A stretch of 64,000 nt of DNA, taken from Adineta vaga. Its lineage: Eukaryota > Animalia > Rotifera. The stretch lies in the NCBI GenBank assembly GCA_021613535.1, contig CP075497.1:6014001-6078000 (forward strand). The letters run 5' to 3'. Within the stretch, counting starts at the first letter, position 1, and each line of letters starts with the position of its first letter. A model generated the notes under the pieces. The model did no database searches. It saw only the letters and a program-made list of their open reading frames with translations, and was not told the origin of the DNA. Below are positions 43,732 to 55,982 of this stretch, one piece after another. The translations under genes were made by a program, and so were the position numbers.

Positions 43732-46509
43732 TTATACGACAGAACCAATCGGCTGATGTAAATATTGTTGCGAAGAGGAATCATTATAGATTCTTTCAAA
43801 ACGTTCTAAATATTTGTTAATATCTGTCATGGATAAACGTTGCTGAGAATCATCGTTGCTTGACAATTGCTCAGAAGGATATGGAAGATTGATTTTATCT
43901 AAAGAAAGATGTGGAAACATTCGTCGTTGTTGATAAGAATCCGTTTTTGTATGTGTTGGATAAATTCGTTGTTCACGACTAGATACACGAGGTAATGATG
44001 AAGTTAACTAAAAGAAAAGAAAATAAATAGAATAAAGAATTGAATCAAGAAAATAAATAAATTTACATATTCATTATCAATTAAAGAAGTATTCGGTGCT
44101 GTTGGTGAAATATTCTTCCAAGTTGTTTTTTCTTGAGTTATTAAAGATTTCTTATGTTTTTTACAACAACAATTCATACAAATTAATACGATACTTAGAA
44201 GAATAATAACAATCAATGTCGAAATAATCATCAATAGAAATGATATGGAAAGAGTTTTTGTTGATTGAATATCAAAAATTAAGATTTGTTTTGTTACTAA
44301 TCGATTCGGTTGACCAAAATCAGTCATAATTAATGTAAAATTGATTTTTGTTGTATTGAAATTTTTCAAAAATATCCGTCCACTAAAACGTTCGATTTCA
44401 ATATTTATTGATGGTTCGATTTCATATTCAATTGAAGGTACTAAAACATTGCTTTGTTCATTAAAAACAATATCAGGATCATATGCTTTGATTTGATAAA
44501 GAAATTTCGATGATTGAACTTCAATCGATTGTCTCGTGGAATTAATTAATAAATATGGTGGATGTTTATTAATTCCAAAAAATATTCGAATCGATATTGA
44601 ACGACTTAATGAAGGTGTATGAGAATCCATTGCTTCGATTTGAAAATCATAATAATAAGAAGAATATAATGCTGATGAACGAACGATAATAGAAGCATTG
44701 AATGGATCGATAGAGATTAAATTTGGTACAGAAGAAATATATCTGACATGAGATGATGGAAGGAGTGGAAGAGAAAATTGTGACATATTTTTACTGGTTA
44801 ATATATAAAATGATTGAGAAATATAAGGATCGAAAATGTAAAGATTTATTTGTATAGAACAGAATTTTGTCTAAAATAAACGAACGAGAGATTGAGTGAT
44901 GAATGTTTTGTTTTAAACTTACATCTTTTGTAGAATTATTTGGTTTTTGTTGAAGTATTAATTGATAAAAGTTTCTTTGTTGAATATTTAAATATTTTGT
45001 TAGGATTAAATTAAAATTTTCATCCAATTGAAATGTTTGTGTTGAATCGAATAGTATCAAATTATTCGATTGATTATTTAAACAATGATGATAACGATTG
45101 AAGATCGAAATTTTCTCATAAAGAAGAAGATTTTGAGAAATTTTAAGAAAATAATTATTCGAATGAATAAGCAAATGAATTTTATTGAAAGATATTTGAA
45201 ATGAATAAGATTTCATTGATATTATCGACGGATTCAATGGATTTGTTATTTGAATTTCAATATTGAATAAAAGATTTTCTTTCTTATTCGAATAATTTGT
45301 TAGAATTTTCATTAAAAATATTGATTGAACATTGAAATATAACTCATAAGTTGAATTATTTAATTGAAATATGTCTTTTAAATTTGAATTTAGATGAATT
45401 AAACAATTTGAACATAATTTTCTTTCGTTTTTATCATAGATTCGAAATTGACCAAGTGAATGATGAAGATTTTTCATATCAATTGAAATATTTGTTTGAT
45501 TAATTAGAGAAATATTCGATTGAAAATCGATCTGATAAATTGATGTAAACTGAATTTCAATCAAACATCGTGTTGATAATTGTAAAGGTTTACCATGATC
45601 AGTTATATTTATAATTAAGATCGATTCATTCGAACGAATCCATTTTTCAGGATTGAATTTAATTTGTCCATCGTATCGATCAATATGAAATCCTGGCAAT
45701 GGATTCATAAGAGAATATTCTAATTTACCATTATCACCTTCGTCAAGATCGGTGACATTCAAGGAGAATAAAGATAAACTTGAGAGATTTGAAATGAGAA
45801 AGATTGTTTGATTTTGATTACATTGAGGTGCATTATCATTGAAATCTTTGATAAGAATAATAATATCAGTGGATGCATCATTTTGATTATGTGCAATTAA
45901 ACGAAGAAGATAAATATTTTGTTCTTCACGATCGAATTTTTTCAATGGTTTTAATAATAAATTTCTTTCATCAAAATCAAATAGACCATCTGGTTTATTC
46001 CAATTTTGTAAATAAATTGAATATGTTATGAAATCTCCATCATCATCATAAGCTTTAGGTAATAAATAACTTCTTTTCGACCAATTTTCATCATTTTCAT
46101 CGATTTCAATTACTGTTCGATTAACATGAAATTTAATTAAATTATCATTGATATTTACAATTCGAATTGGAAGTATATAAACATCAATCGTATTTTCATT
46201 GGATACAGCTATACTTACAGATATGGTACAAAACTTTTTCTTTAAACAGAGATATTCATAATCAAGACGATGTTTTGTTATTAATGCATGTTGTTTGTGA
46301 TCAATTAAGAATAGATCTAAATCATTCGATAAAGGAGTGACTAAATCATATTCGATAGATTGATCTAAATTAGGAATTTTATCAGTAAGCGAAGTAACAG
46401 TAGAACCAATAGGTAATTCTTCTTGAATGGATATTTCATGAAGTAAATTCATGGATTGAGATGAATTGAACAATACAATGAAAGTGAATAAGAATAGAAG
46501 AAGAGACAT
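43732..46509 (-). CDS. Protocadherin-like type I membrane protein
   Basis: Signal peptide; cadherin motifs EELPIG, RLDYE, NINDN, AYDDD, FDREE, DFNDNAP, TDLDEGDNG and AYDPD; TM segment followed by CMNCCC; short tail ending PIGSVV*. Exons 46509-44923, 44870-44067 and ~44007-43732 are in frame. Confidence 0.88.
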
Positions 46510-49500
46510 GATGTTATCTGAAATAGAAAAACAATGATTTTGAGATTAGTTAGAAGTCAATATGTCTCTATAACACAATGATGATAATTGATCGACTGAA
46601 AAATTGTTTTTATGAGAAAATAAATACGAAATAAAGTTGAATATCTCAAGATTGTAGACACGTGTTTGTCAACTGTTGTCACTTTATTGTCTTATCCTGT
46701 CTATGTCTCTCTTCTTCACACATGAATATTCATTCATGTTTTCATTTCGGATTTTAACAGCTTTTCTTCTCTCTCTCTCTCTTCACTCAAAATGAACGAG
46801 AATACCTTAGCTTACTGACAATTTTGCACATACTATTTTTATGCAAAATGGATATACTGTATTAGCAATTTTCTTTCTCTTTCCTACTGCTAACTAATCA
46901 ACAAATGTTGTCTATCATCATAAAATATGTTCATCATCTTCCATGTAAATCTTATCTTTCAACACGATAAAAAATGCCAGGAAGGAGGAGAAGACATCGT
47001 AAACTATTATCCTGAGACGAAGTCAAACCTTGAGACAGTCATCTTTCAACACTATAGGTCGATTGATCGATTAAAAGAGCTTTTTATTCCATCAGTCAAT
47101 TTCCGAGTATGTACGTACGTTCGTTCATTGATTTGTTTAGACATTCTCATATACAATCTACGGATTAAAACAATTATATGTATATCAATAGAGAAAAAAA
47201 AGAATGCATATTCAACTTAAGAATTTTAAGTGACACACAAACTATTCGAGTAGTTCAAAGAGCACTTTAATCGACGATAGAAAGCTAATGTCAATTTAGA
47301 TATTGTTCCATCGAAGAATAAGAAATCTCATCAAAAAAAAAAAAGAAAGAAAAGAAAATCTAGATTTCATTTAATTAAAACTTGAACACAAGAAGAAAAA
47401 GAAATCTTATGTGAAAGAGAAAGAACAATATTTAGAATTGAATTCGATTAAAATAGGAAAATAATAACAAAGTAAAACATATGTTTATTTATCAATAATT
47501 TGAACGGTGTACAAGACAAAGAAACCTGATTCTTTCAACAAGTAAAGACAAATATAGCCATATGAAACCTATTGATTCAATGAATGACATATAGAACGTG
47601 ATCTATGCTGAGTAAGTAAGCAGACGGTATATGGGAAAATAACTATGGGAAATATTTGACGATTCAAATATTTTGTACTATTTAAGAAAAAAAGATTGAG
47701 TATTTAATTTCTACATTACTTGTACAATCTGTTGTTCATCTATGATCAATTGTGGTCATTTCATGCGTATGTATATGAACTCATTCGAAGTATATAATGA
47801 TGAAGGTTGTCCCGACAATACATAAACATTTTCAAGTATCGGTACCACAAAAAGAAGAGGTACGTCTATATTATCGCGATAGCGGATAATTCGAAAAACT
47901 TGAAAAAGCATAGAGAATACCGATTGAATGAACGATTCAATCAAGCGCTACAAATTTGTTCATATGTTCTCTTCTTTATTTTTTATACATTTGATCTTGA
48001 AAATTATAGTCTCATTCTTTTTCTCTCTCTCTCTCCCCCCCCCCCCTTTCTTTCTTTTTTTATTCTGGTTGTACCAAGATTCTTTTAATCGACCAATCAG
48101 TTGGTACGTATAGAGAACGAGAGAGAAAAAGAAATTGATGATCATTCAAGAGAGATTGAACACCTGAGTGTAAAGGGACATTGTCCGATTGAAATATGAT
48201 TTGACAAATACGTTAGCCAGACGAATGAGCAGTCTGGTAATTAGCTCGATCGCTCTTCGTTGTTCCCTAATGACAAGTTCATAGAAACAATACGACATTT
48301 TTTTTCTCTCATTGATCATCACTATTACTAATCGGTTTCGCCTACATGCATTCGATTCCATAGAGATCGATATTAACATGCATGTTATTCACACCAATCG
48401 TGTTGTCTCTCTAAAGAATGTATTTACTATCGATTACTTCTTTGTTCTAATTTATTTAATGATTCTAATGAAATAGTTTTTTTCTTCAAAAAAAAGAAGA
48501 AATTTTTTGACATATGAAAATGAATTCTATCTCAATGAACTTCATTTATCGAAGTTACTTGTCAGTTGGCACGCGATGATCATGTGAAGAATGTAAATTG
48601 ATACAGATATGGCTTCTTATATCGATTAATCCACTTAGATAGTTCATTTCGTTTCATTGAATGGCTTTTACAAGTGATGAGAGGAGAGTTTTTATGATTT
48701 ACAACAAGTACATAGCAGAAAGGTGACGAGTAACATTTAAAAAAGAAAGGGTGTGGTCAACAATCCAGATGTGTACATCGAATGCCTGTCTGCCGTAAGC
48801 GATAACATTCAAAAAAGAAAAATCACCACATTCGTATATGGATAAGACATGAAAAAACCCAAGTCTATAATTAACAAATAAAAACGAATGCACGCGATGA
48901 TTTTGTTTGATGACAAATATTCATAGCGACTGCCAATAAACTCATTACATTTGAAAGAAAATATTACGCCGAATCACAATATATAGTTGAACGCATTGTA
49001 TGTTCATAAGACAATTGTTGACAAACATTGCAAAAATAATAGACGATAGTTTTTGTTCAGAATAGGAAAAAAAAGGAAATATTGAAAAAGATTAGAGACA
49101 AAACATTGACTAGTTGTCGGTGCTTTTGAAGATGCAGTGAAGAGGATAACGAGAAATAGCTTGAGGATAAACTCTTATGATAAAATGTCAATATTTTCAA
49201 ACAATGTTGTTAACCGATAATAAAATTTGATCATATTCGCAAAAGTCATGTTCTTTCTCAGTTGTCTATTTGATAATGAATGTCTATTCAATCAATTTCT
49301 CTTTAAGAAATTTTCCAGTATTATTACCTATTATTGTTTTGTTAATATCAACATTGACATGGTATTTTTCATTCAATATATCAACAACAACAACGACAAC
49401 AACAAATATGACGACATTCACTTTATTTTTCGCCTGACTCATGAAATATGGTTTGTTTTATACTTCGAATCATGTTTTTCTTCTTTGTATATTGGACACT

Positions 49501-49819
49501 GACAAATGAACATATCGAAAATATCTTTGTGCTAAGAAAAATGAAGGCAAATATATTGTTGTTAAAAGTATATTGATATTGTTTTTACACAACGGGCTTT
49601 AAATAAAATTGAAAAAGATGCAAAAAAAACGAACAAAGAGAAAAAATATTTTTAAATAAAATCGAAGCACATCATCATCATCATATTATGAAAATATTGA
49701 TTTCTTTATTGTTTATAAATCGTAGTGTTTAAAAAAATAAAAGAAAAGGGTGTTTTAGTTGGCAATAGTTTTGATATCACTTTTGTATTCGTTTTAAACA
49801 ATTATATATAAATTTTCAT

Positions 49820-50168
49820 TTAATTGGCAGAGCGAATGGCTCGACGAAGTCCAAGATAACCATACACGCAAAGGATACCAAGGAGTAGAGCTTGACTGAA
49901 AAACATGTTCACATCTCCAGCACCGCTGATGTTATATGCTTTCTTAATGGCATCTCGCCAATCTTCTACAAAATGATAAAAAAAAGAAAGATCGAAATTT
50001 AGTAAAGAAAAATTCTTGAGAAAAAGAAGGAATTCATTACGTACTTGTATAAACTGCCAATGCAATGGTGGTGGCAAAAAGACCCCAAATAGCAGCAATG
50101 ATTAAACAGCAAGCACATGCTGCGAGACCACCGACTGGACCGAGCGCAGCGCCTATAGGATTGGCCAT
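49820..50168 (-). CDS. Small Cys-cluster membrane protein (~89 aa), paralog A
   Basis: Exons 50168-50045 and 49965-49820 give MANPIGAALGPVGGLAACACCLIIAAIWGLFATTIALAVYTKDWRDAIKKAYNISGAGDVNMFFSQALLLGILCVYGYLGLRRAIRSAN*. Clear similarity and the same intron position as the neighbouring gene. Confidence 0.8.
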
Positions 50169-51501
50169 TCTTGATTGTTTAGCCTACACACACACTCGAA
50201 TATCTATAATAATAGAAATACGAAGGAATATATTTACAAACAAAAATTGTATGAACAATATTATTTAGACGAGAAAAAAAAGATCAGATTTGTTTATTTT
50301 TCCCCTGTTTTCGTATACGTAGTTCTCTCTTTAACAGGTAAACGAAGATCGACTAGAGACACAAGAGAGAGAAAAAAGTGAGAGATAGAGAAAGAGAGAA
50401 AAAGAGACCATGTACAAATAAATAAGTTTGTTTTCATGCTATCTACTTACTTGCCTATATGAAGGAGAAAAAGCGTCGTATTCTCTCTAAATTTATTCAT
50501 CTAGACGTGGGTGATGATGCAGGTTTCTCTCTCTTTCACTCTCTTGTCGATTTTTGTCTCTCTTGTCAGGCATATCAATCGACTCAAGGTGATTTTACAT
50601 AGGAAGCAGAGCACATCAGTGAATACTTTCGAATCAATGGCAAAAATGAAATGAGAGAAAGGATGAGGCATTTTTTTTTTCGTCGATGTGGGCAATCAAC
50701 CATAAACATCCATAACTAACAACCTCAAAGAAAAAAAAGAAAGAAACGACAGAAATGACGAGAGAAGAAAAAAACATTCGTTTTCACAGACATATTGATA
50801 CAAAAGACATGAATCTTGTGCGGAAACCATGCATGACAAAATTGATATGAATAACCATGATGATGATGATGATGATGACGAATAGGAAAGAAAAGAAATT
50901 AATGAAAGTCCAAGAATATAAACAATTATAAAAGGGAAAACGATTTGTCTTTAAAAAAATCATGAATTTTTTTAAAATGAGTTTAAAACAATATAATTTG
51001 TTTCATTATTAATTCAAGGTCATTTATCTGATCAGACTGATATGCATATGACGTATATATTTAGTAATTTTAATGAAGTGAAAAATTTCAATTAGACAGT
51101 GAATGACGTCCGTAGGTTTTTTTTATTTGAAATAGTTTTGGTGAAACAAAAAATAGATAAATAAAATAGAAAAAGAAACATTGAACATCGGCACGTTTAT
51201 TAGGACAATTAGAGAGAATTCTTTATTGTTTCGTCGTCGCTATCATCGTCGTCGTCGTCGTTGTCATTTTTATTTTACTGTTATAAATCACGAGAAAAAA
51301 AAAGTTCAATCGCGCGCGCGGATGTTCCATGTTATTTATGCGAGAAAAAAATAGCAAATATTCGTTGTGTTGCGAAAGAATGAAAAAAGAAATATGAACA
51401 AAAAAAAAATAAAACCATTTATTGTGTTTGTGCGTATGTATGTGTTTTTAAAGAAATAACACCATAGAATAGAATAGAGATCATGTCGTCGTTGAAATCA
51501 T

Positions 51502-52043
51502 CTATGAGCGACGCATGAACGTAAACAAAAACGAACATACGAGCACTAATAGAAGGAGCATATGTGGAACGAGAAGTTCTTCAGCACCACTTCCATTACG
51601 ATTTTTATAATCACGATACCATCGACCTTGAATACAAATGAATATAGTGAAAATTTCAGTTAGAAAGTCGGAAGTTAAACGTGTGCAAATGACTTACTGA
51701 TGAAGACTGTCAATGGAATAGCTGTAATGAAAAGACCCCAAACACCAATAGTATTTAGACAGCATAAACAACCAGTTAAACCACCAATAGGTCCAAGAAT
51801 AGCAGCAAGAAGACCAGCACCACCAGGCCCACGTCCAGCAGGTACTACTGGTCGTAGTGGAGGTCGAACACCATATCGACCTGTTGGTCGAGCATAACCT
51901 GATCGATAAACACCTCGTGAAGCTGAAACATTAGGCACATATCCTATAAAAATAGTAATTAAATGAAATTTTTCATTGTAAAATGACGAAAGATTCTACG
52001 CACGTGCTCGAGATCCTGAAAATCCGCCTGTTCGTTGAAACAT
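51502..52043 (-). CDS. Small Cys-cluster membrane protein with Arg/Gly/Tyr/Pro-rich N-terminus, paralog B
   Basis: Exons 52043-52004, 51943-51698 and 51626-51502 give MFQRTGGFSGSRARYVPNV...AILGPIGGLTGCLCCLNTIGVWGLFITAIPLTVFISRWYRDYKNRNGSGAEELLVPHMLLLLVLVCSFLFTFMRRS*. Confidence 0.8.
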
Positions 52044-53047
52044 AGCTGTAAATCAGCAGGCGGTGCTATTTATTTTTTCTGAAAAAAGAAAAGACAAGAA
52101 TTTTGATCGACAACAATGTGAAAAGCAGAGCTCAATAATTATAATGATAGTCAACAACAAACAACAACTGGACTCGAGAAGCAAGAAAGAAAGAAAGAAA
52201 GAAAGAGAATAGAAGAAAAAGAGAGAAATGCAGAAAAAGCCTTTCTTTTCTACCTTGATGTGCTTCAATGAGGATGTTTTAATTTTGTTGCTGTCTCTCC
52301 TTCTCTCTATCGTCCTCTATGTCGTTTTCTCTGTCTTTCTCGCTTCTGTTTCTCCCCCACCTCCGCTCTCTCTCTCTCTCTCACTCTCACTCTCTTCCTC
52401 TGCTCTTGCTGGCCGATCGACAGTAAGCAAAGGTTCTGTCGTGCATCTATATATCGTATGGCCAACTTGTAGAAAAAGTACTTCAGAAAAAGGCAAAGAA
52501 AAAATAGAGACAACGAATTATACAATGCATAAAAGGCGAGAAGAGGACGCGTCACACGTCAGCAAGCATCATGATGATGATAATGATGATATTTGCTGAC
52601 TATCAACGATACACTCATAAATGAAACCATGACTTCACCATTTTTATATGTCAGGAAAAGCGAAACAACATGTATTGACATGTGTAAGAATGTGTAATCG
52701 ATGCATGTATAACGACGTCTCTACTTCTATAAAATAAATCAGTACAAGGTTAGAAAATGAAGAGAAAAAAAAGAATCCAAAAGAGATACATTGCAAAAAA
52801 AGAGTGGATGACGCGCAGAAGCGTGGGCATATACAATATTTCTTTAACGCTTCGATGCACTTTTATTACAAGAATGTTTATGCAGCAAATGTATATGTAT
52901 TGATATGAAGCTACAAAAAACGAAAACGGAATTGATGTCTTGTAATATATTGGGAAAACTTAGCAATAATAATATGACAAAAATTCTTTTATTTTAAGAG
53001 AAAAAGAAATCAATAAAGACATATGTGTGTGTATAGATCAATGAAAG

Positions 53048-55098
53048 TTAACTTTTAACACGATTGTTTGTTTGCGGTTTTTTTACAGCTTGCACCGGTT
53101 TACGAACACTACTTTTGACAGTACTACCACGAACAATACGATTTGCTTGAGCTGGTCGACGAGTCGTAGCTAATGTTCGACGTGTTGTTGAACGACGTTT
53201 GCCGGGCATAGCGGTTTGTCGTCCTCGTTGTTTTACAGCTTGTTGATTTCGGAGAGGAAAGTTGTTGTTGTAGAACATTGCATCACTACCAGGAAAGACT
53301 ACACCAGGATAGTTATTCACACCATTGCCTATAAAAATCGATCGAATGATTGTAAAACTAAATTTATCTCATACAGTTTCCACTATATCCATTACCGTTA
53401 CCGTTATTGACATTGTTGATACCATTACCAGTTGTAGCACTGTTTACATTTGCGCCTGCATTACCATTACCATTGCTGTTTGTATTTGTGTTCGCATTTG
53501 GATTTGCATTAGCATTTGTATTAGGTAAGGTGTTCACATTCGTATTGGAAACTCCATTTCCATTGGCATTCGTATTAGGAACTCCATTTCCATTGGCATT
53601 CGTATTAGGAACTCCATTTCCATTAGCATTTGTATTTATAGGAGCATTGACATTAGTATTTCCATTAGCATAACCATTGTTGTTAGTGTTAGGAAAGGTG
53701 TTTGTATTTGTGTTAGGAACACCGTTTCCATTGGCATTAATAAAAGTGTTTGTATTCGTGTTAGGAACACCATTTCCATTAATATTACTATTAGTATTGA
53801 CGTTCGTGTTAGGAAAACTGTTAATATTGGTATTACCATTGACATTGGTATTAGGATAAATATTGCCATTGCTATTGGTATAGACTAGAAATCAATATGT
53901 TCGGTTTTTATTTTAGATTCAAATAAGAAAAAGTTCATTATATAGATAAATGTATATTGATAGAAAATGCACTGATTTTTATCATAATATTTACCTCCAT
54001 TATTTACATTATTTGTTGGATAGGAACCTATATAAAGATTTTAAATAACGGTTCTACAAATTTTCAAAAGACACATTTACCCGCATTTTGATTGTTAAAT
54101 GGAACAGCGTCTGAAACGGAAGAAAATGGTTATAAATTCTAAGAATATAATATATACTAATATCTTTTACTTGTTGAAAGTTGATTTATAATACCAGTAT
54201 AGTAATCATCTATGAAAATACTTATATGTATCATTCATTGCTGATCATAGTTTCAAAAAAATGAGCTACCTTCAGGATTTTCTGTGTTTGATGGACCAAA
54301 AGTCTCTATTGTGTTTTAAAGATAATAATTGTAACAAATGATTAGATTAAAAGTTACTACGCGACATACCTATAAAATAAATTTTGAGAAAAGCAAAGTT
54401 TGTATTAAGAACAAACTTTCATTAACTTACCGTATGTTTCCTCAAAAGGAACTGTTGTTGAACTTTCAGTAATTGCAGCTAATTCATATGAAAAGAAAAT
54501 CATTTCAATTATCAAACAAGAATCAAGTTGACCTACGGGTAGTTGTCGATGATGCTGTGTCTTCAAACAAAAAAGCAAAAATTCATATAGAAAAATAAAA
54601 GTGATAGAAGTTAAACTTACTTGTAGTATTAGTTGGTGCAGCATGAAAAATAGCACAACATGGATAACAAGCAAATACGGATAAAGCTTCTGCAACTCGT
54701 GTAGCCATGGAATCATAAACAGCACACATAGCTGATGCTGATGGTGGCATACATCGTGGACAAATTTGTCTTAAGCATGAGACCATTTCTTGATTACAAA
54801 CTTCTCGTGAAAACATGCATGAACTGAAACACATGCGATGAAGACATGTACATTCTTGATATTGTTGAGAATAACATCGAAGTGCAGCAAATGAACGTCC
54901 ATGTCGTTCCCAAAATGGACATGTTCCACCAGAACAAGATTTTTTTCCACGAACGGTACGTAAATAAGCATAAGCAGATTTTGGTGCTGGTGCTTTAGTT
55001 GTATTTCGTCCTGATGTGACAATCAGACGACGACGGGTCGTAGCTGAATTGACCAGCACAATAGTAAAACATAGTAAAACTACTAAACTCAATCGCAT
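53048..55098 (-). CDS. Secreted protein: inactive group-XII-like PLA2 domain + microexon-encoded stalk + Asn-rich repeat + basic tail
   Basis: Ten exons, all joined in phase 1 with GT-AG sites and no stop codon: 55098-54621, 54560-54537, 54478-54431, 54369-54361, 54305-54270, 54209-54195, 54110-54081, 54027-53995, 53884-53375 and 53328-53048. Signal peptide MRLSLVVLLCFTIVLVNS. Confidence 0.8.
53380..53880 (-). repeat. Coding tandem repeat (30-bp unit, NANGNGVPNT) within an Asn-rich exon
   Basis: Three near-perfect 30-bp copies at ~53538-53630 (cattcgtattaggaactccatttccattgg) plus degenerate copies on both sides. Confidence 0.9.
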
Positions 55099-55982
55099 AT
55101 TTGCACTAAGATTCCTTGGTGTAGTTTAGTGAAATGGGATAGAGAGTAATCAAATCCAAAATGTCGCTCTACTTACATTTATAGACACCGTTTATATGTT
55201 GATGAGTCGAAGCTCTTCTCTCTCTCTCTGTCTTTTTTCTCTCTATCTTATTAGGATTAAATACGTGTACGTGAAAGAATGTGGTTTTGAGTGTATATTC
55301 ACGACATAATGACAAACATTTGAAAAAAAAACTACAACTAAATCATCACCTTGACTTTCAGTGATCAACTCATAATGGATATGATCAAAGTTTATTACAT
55401 ACGTCTAGAATTATTCACTAAACAAGTTAAGATGTTTTATTTCCGTTAACCTTGGAGTTTTGAAACTTTTCGTATTCAAACGTGTTCATTTTTTTCAATC
55501 GAAAGAAGAAAAAGAAAAGAAAAGACGTGTTCCAACTTTATCTTTTAAGTAAAAGGTCGTTGTCTAGTATAGTTTATTGTCATTAAAAGTTCTAATAGTA
55601 AAACAAGAAAGAAACAAACGAGACCAAGACATATATCGAAATGAGAAAATGTATGACAAGAGTTAAGCCGAATAATCGATACTCAATAACAATAACAAGA
55701 ACATCCTTGCACATATCGAGAAAAAAAAACTATCATCAATTATTATCGAAAGGTCTTCTCCAGATCACTTTTTCAAATCGAAACAATTCGATGTGTACTG
55801 CAAATACGTTATGCTACTAAAATCTCACCAATCGTTTATCAATATACTGAATGATCTATGTATGCAAGATGACAAATGATTTCAAAACAATACATGTCGA
55901 AAACTTTCGGATACATTTTGTTGTATACTCTAGGTTATTTATTGAAGAACTAACAAGTATCAAAAAATATTTTTTTAAAAGT

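Noticed and set aside
53538-53630. 30-bp direct repeats resembling a CRISPR array
   Set aside because: Contiguous coding repeats without unique spacers, in a eukaryotic gene; no cas genes.
53325-53859. Plus-strand hydrophobic repeat ORFs (FPLAFVLGTP)
   Set aside because: Antisense shadow of the Asn-rich exon; splice signals and the gene model support the minus strand.
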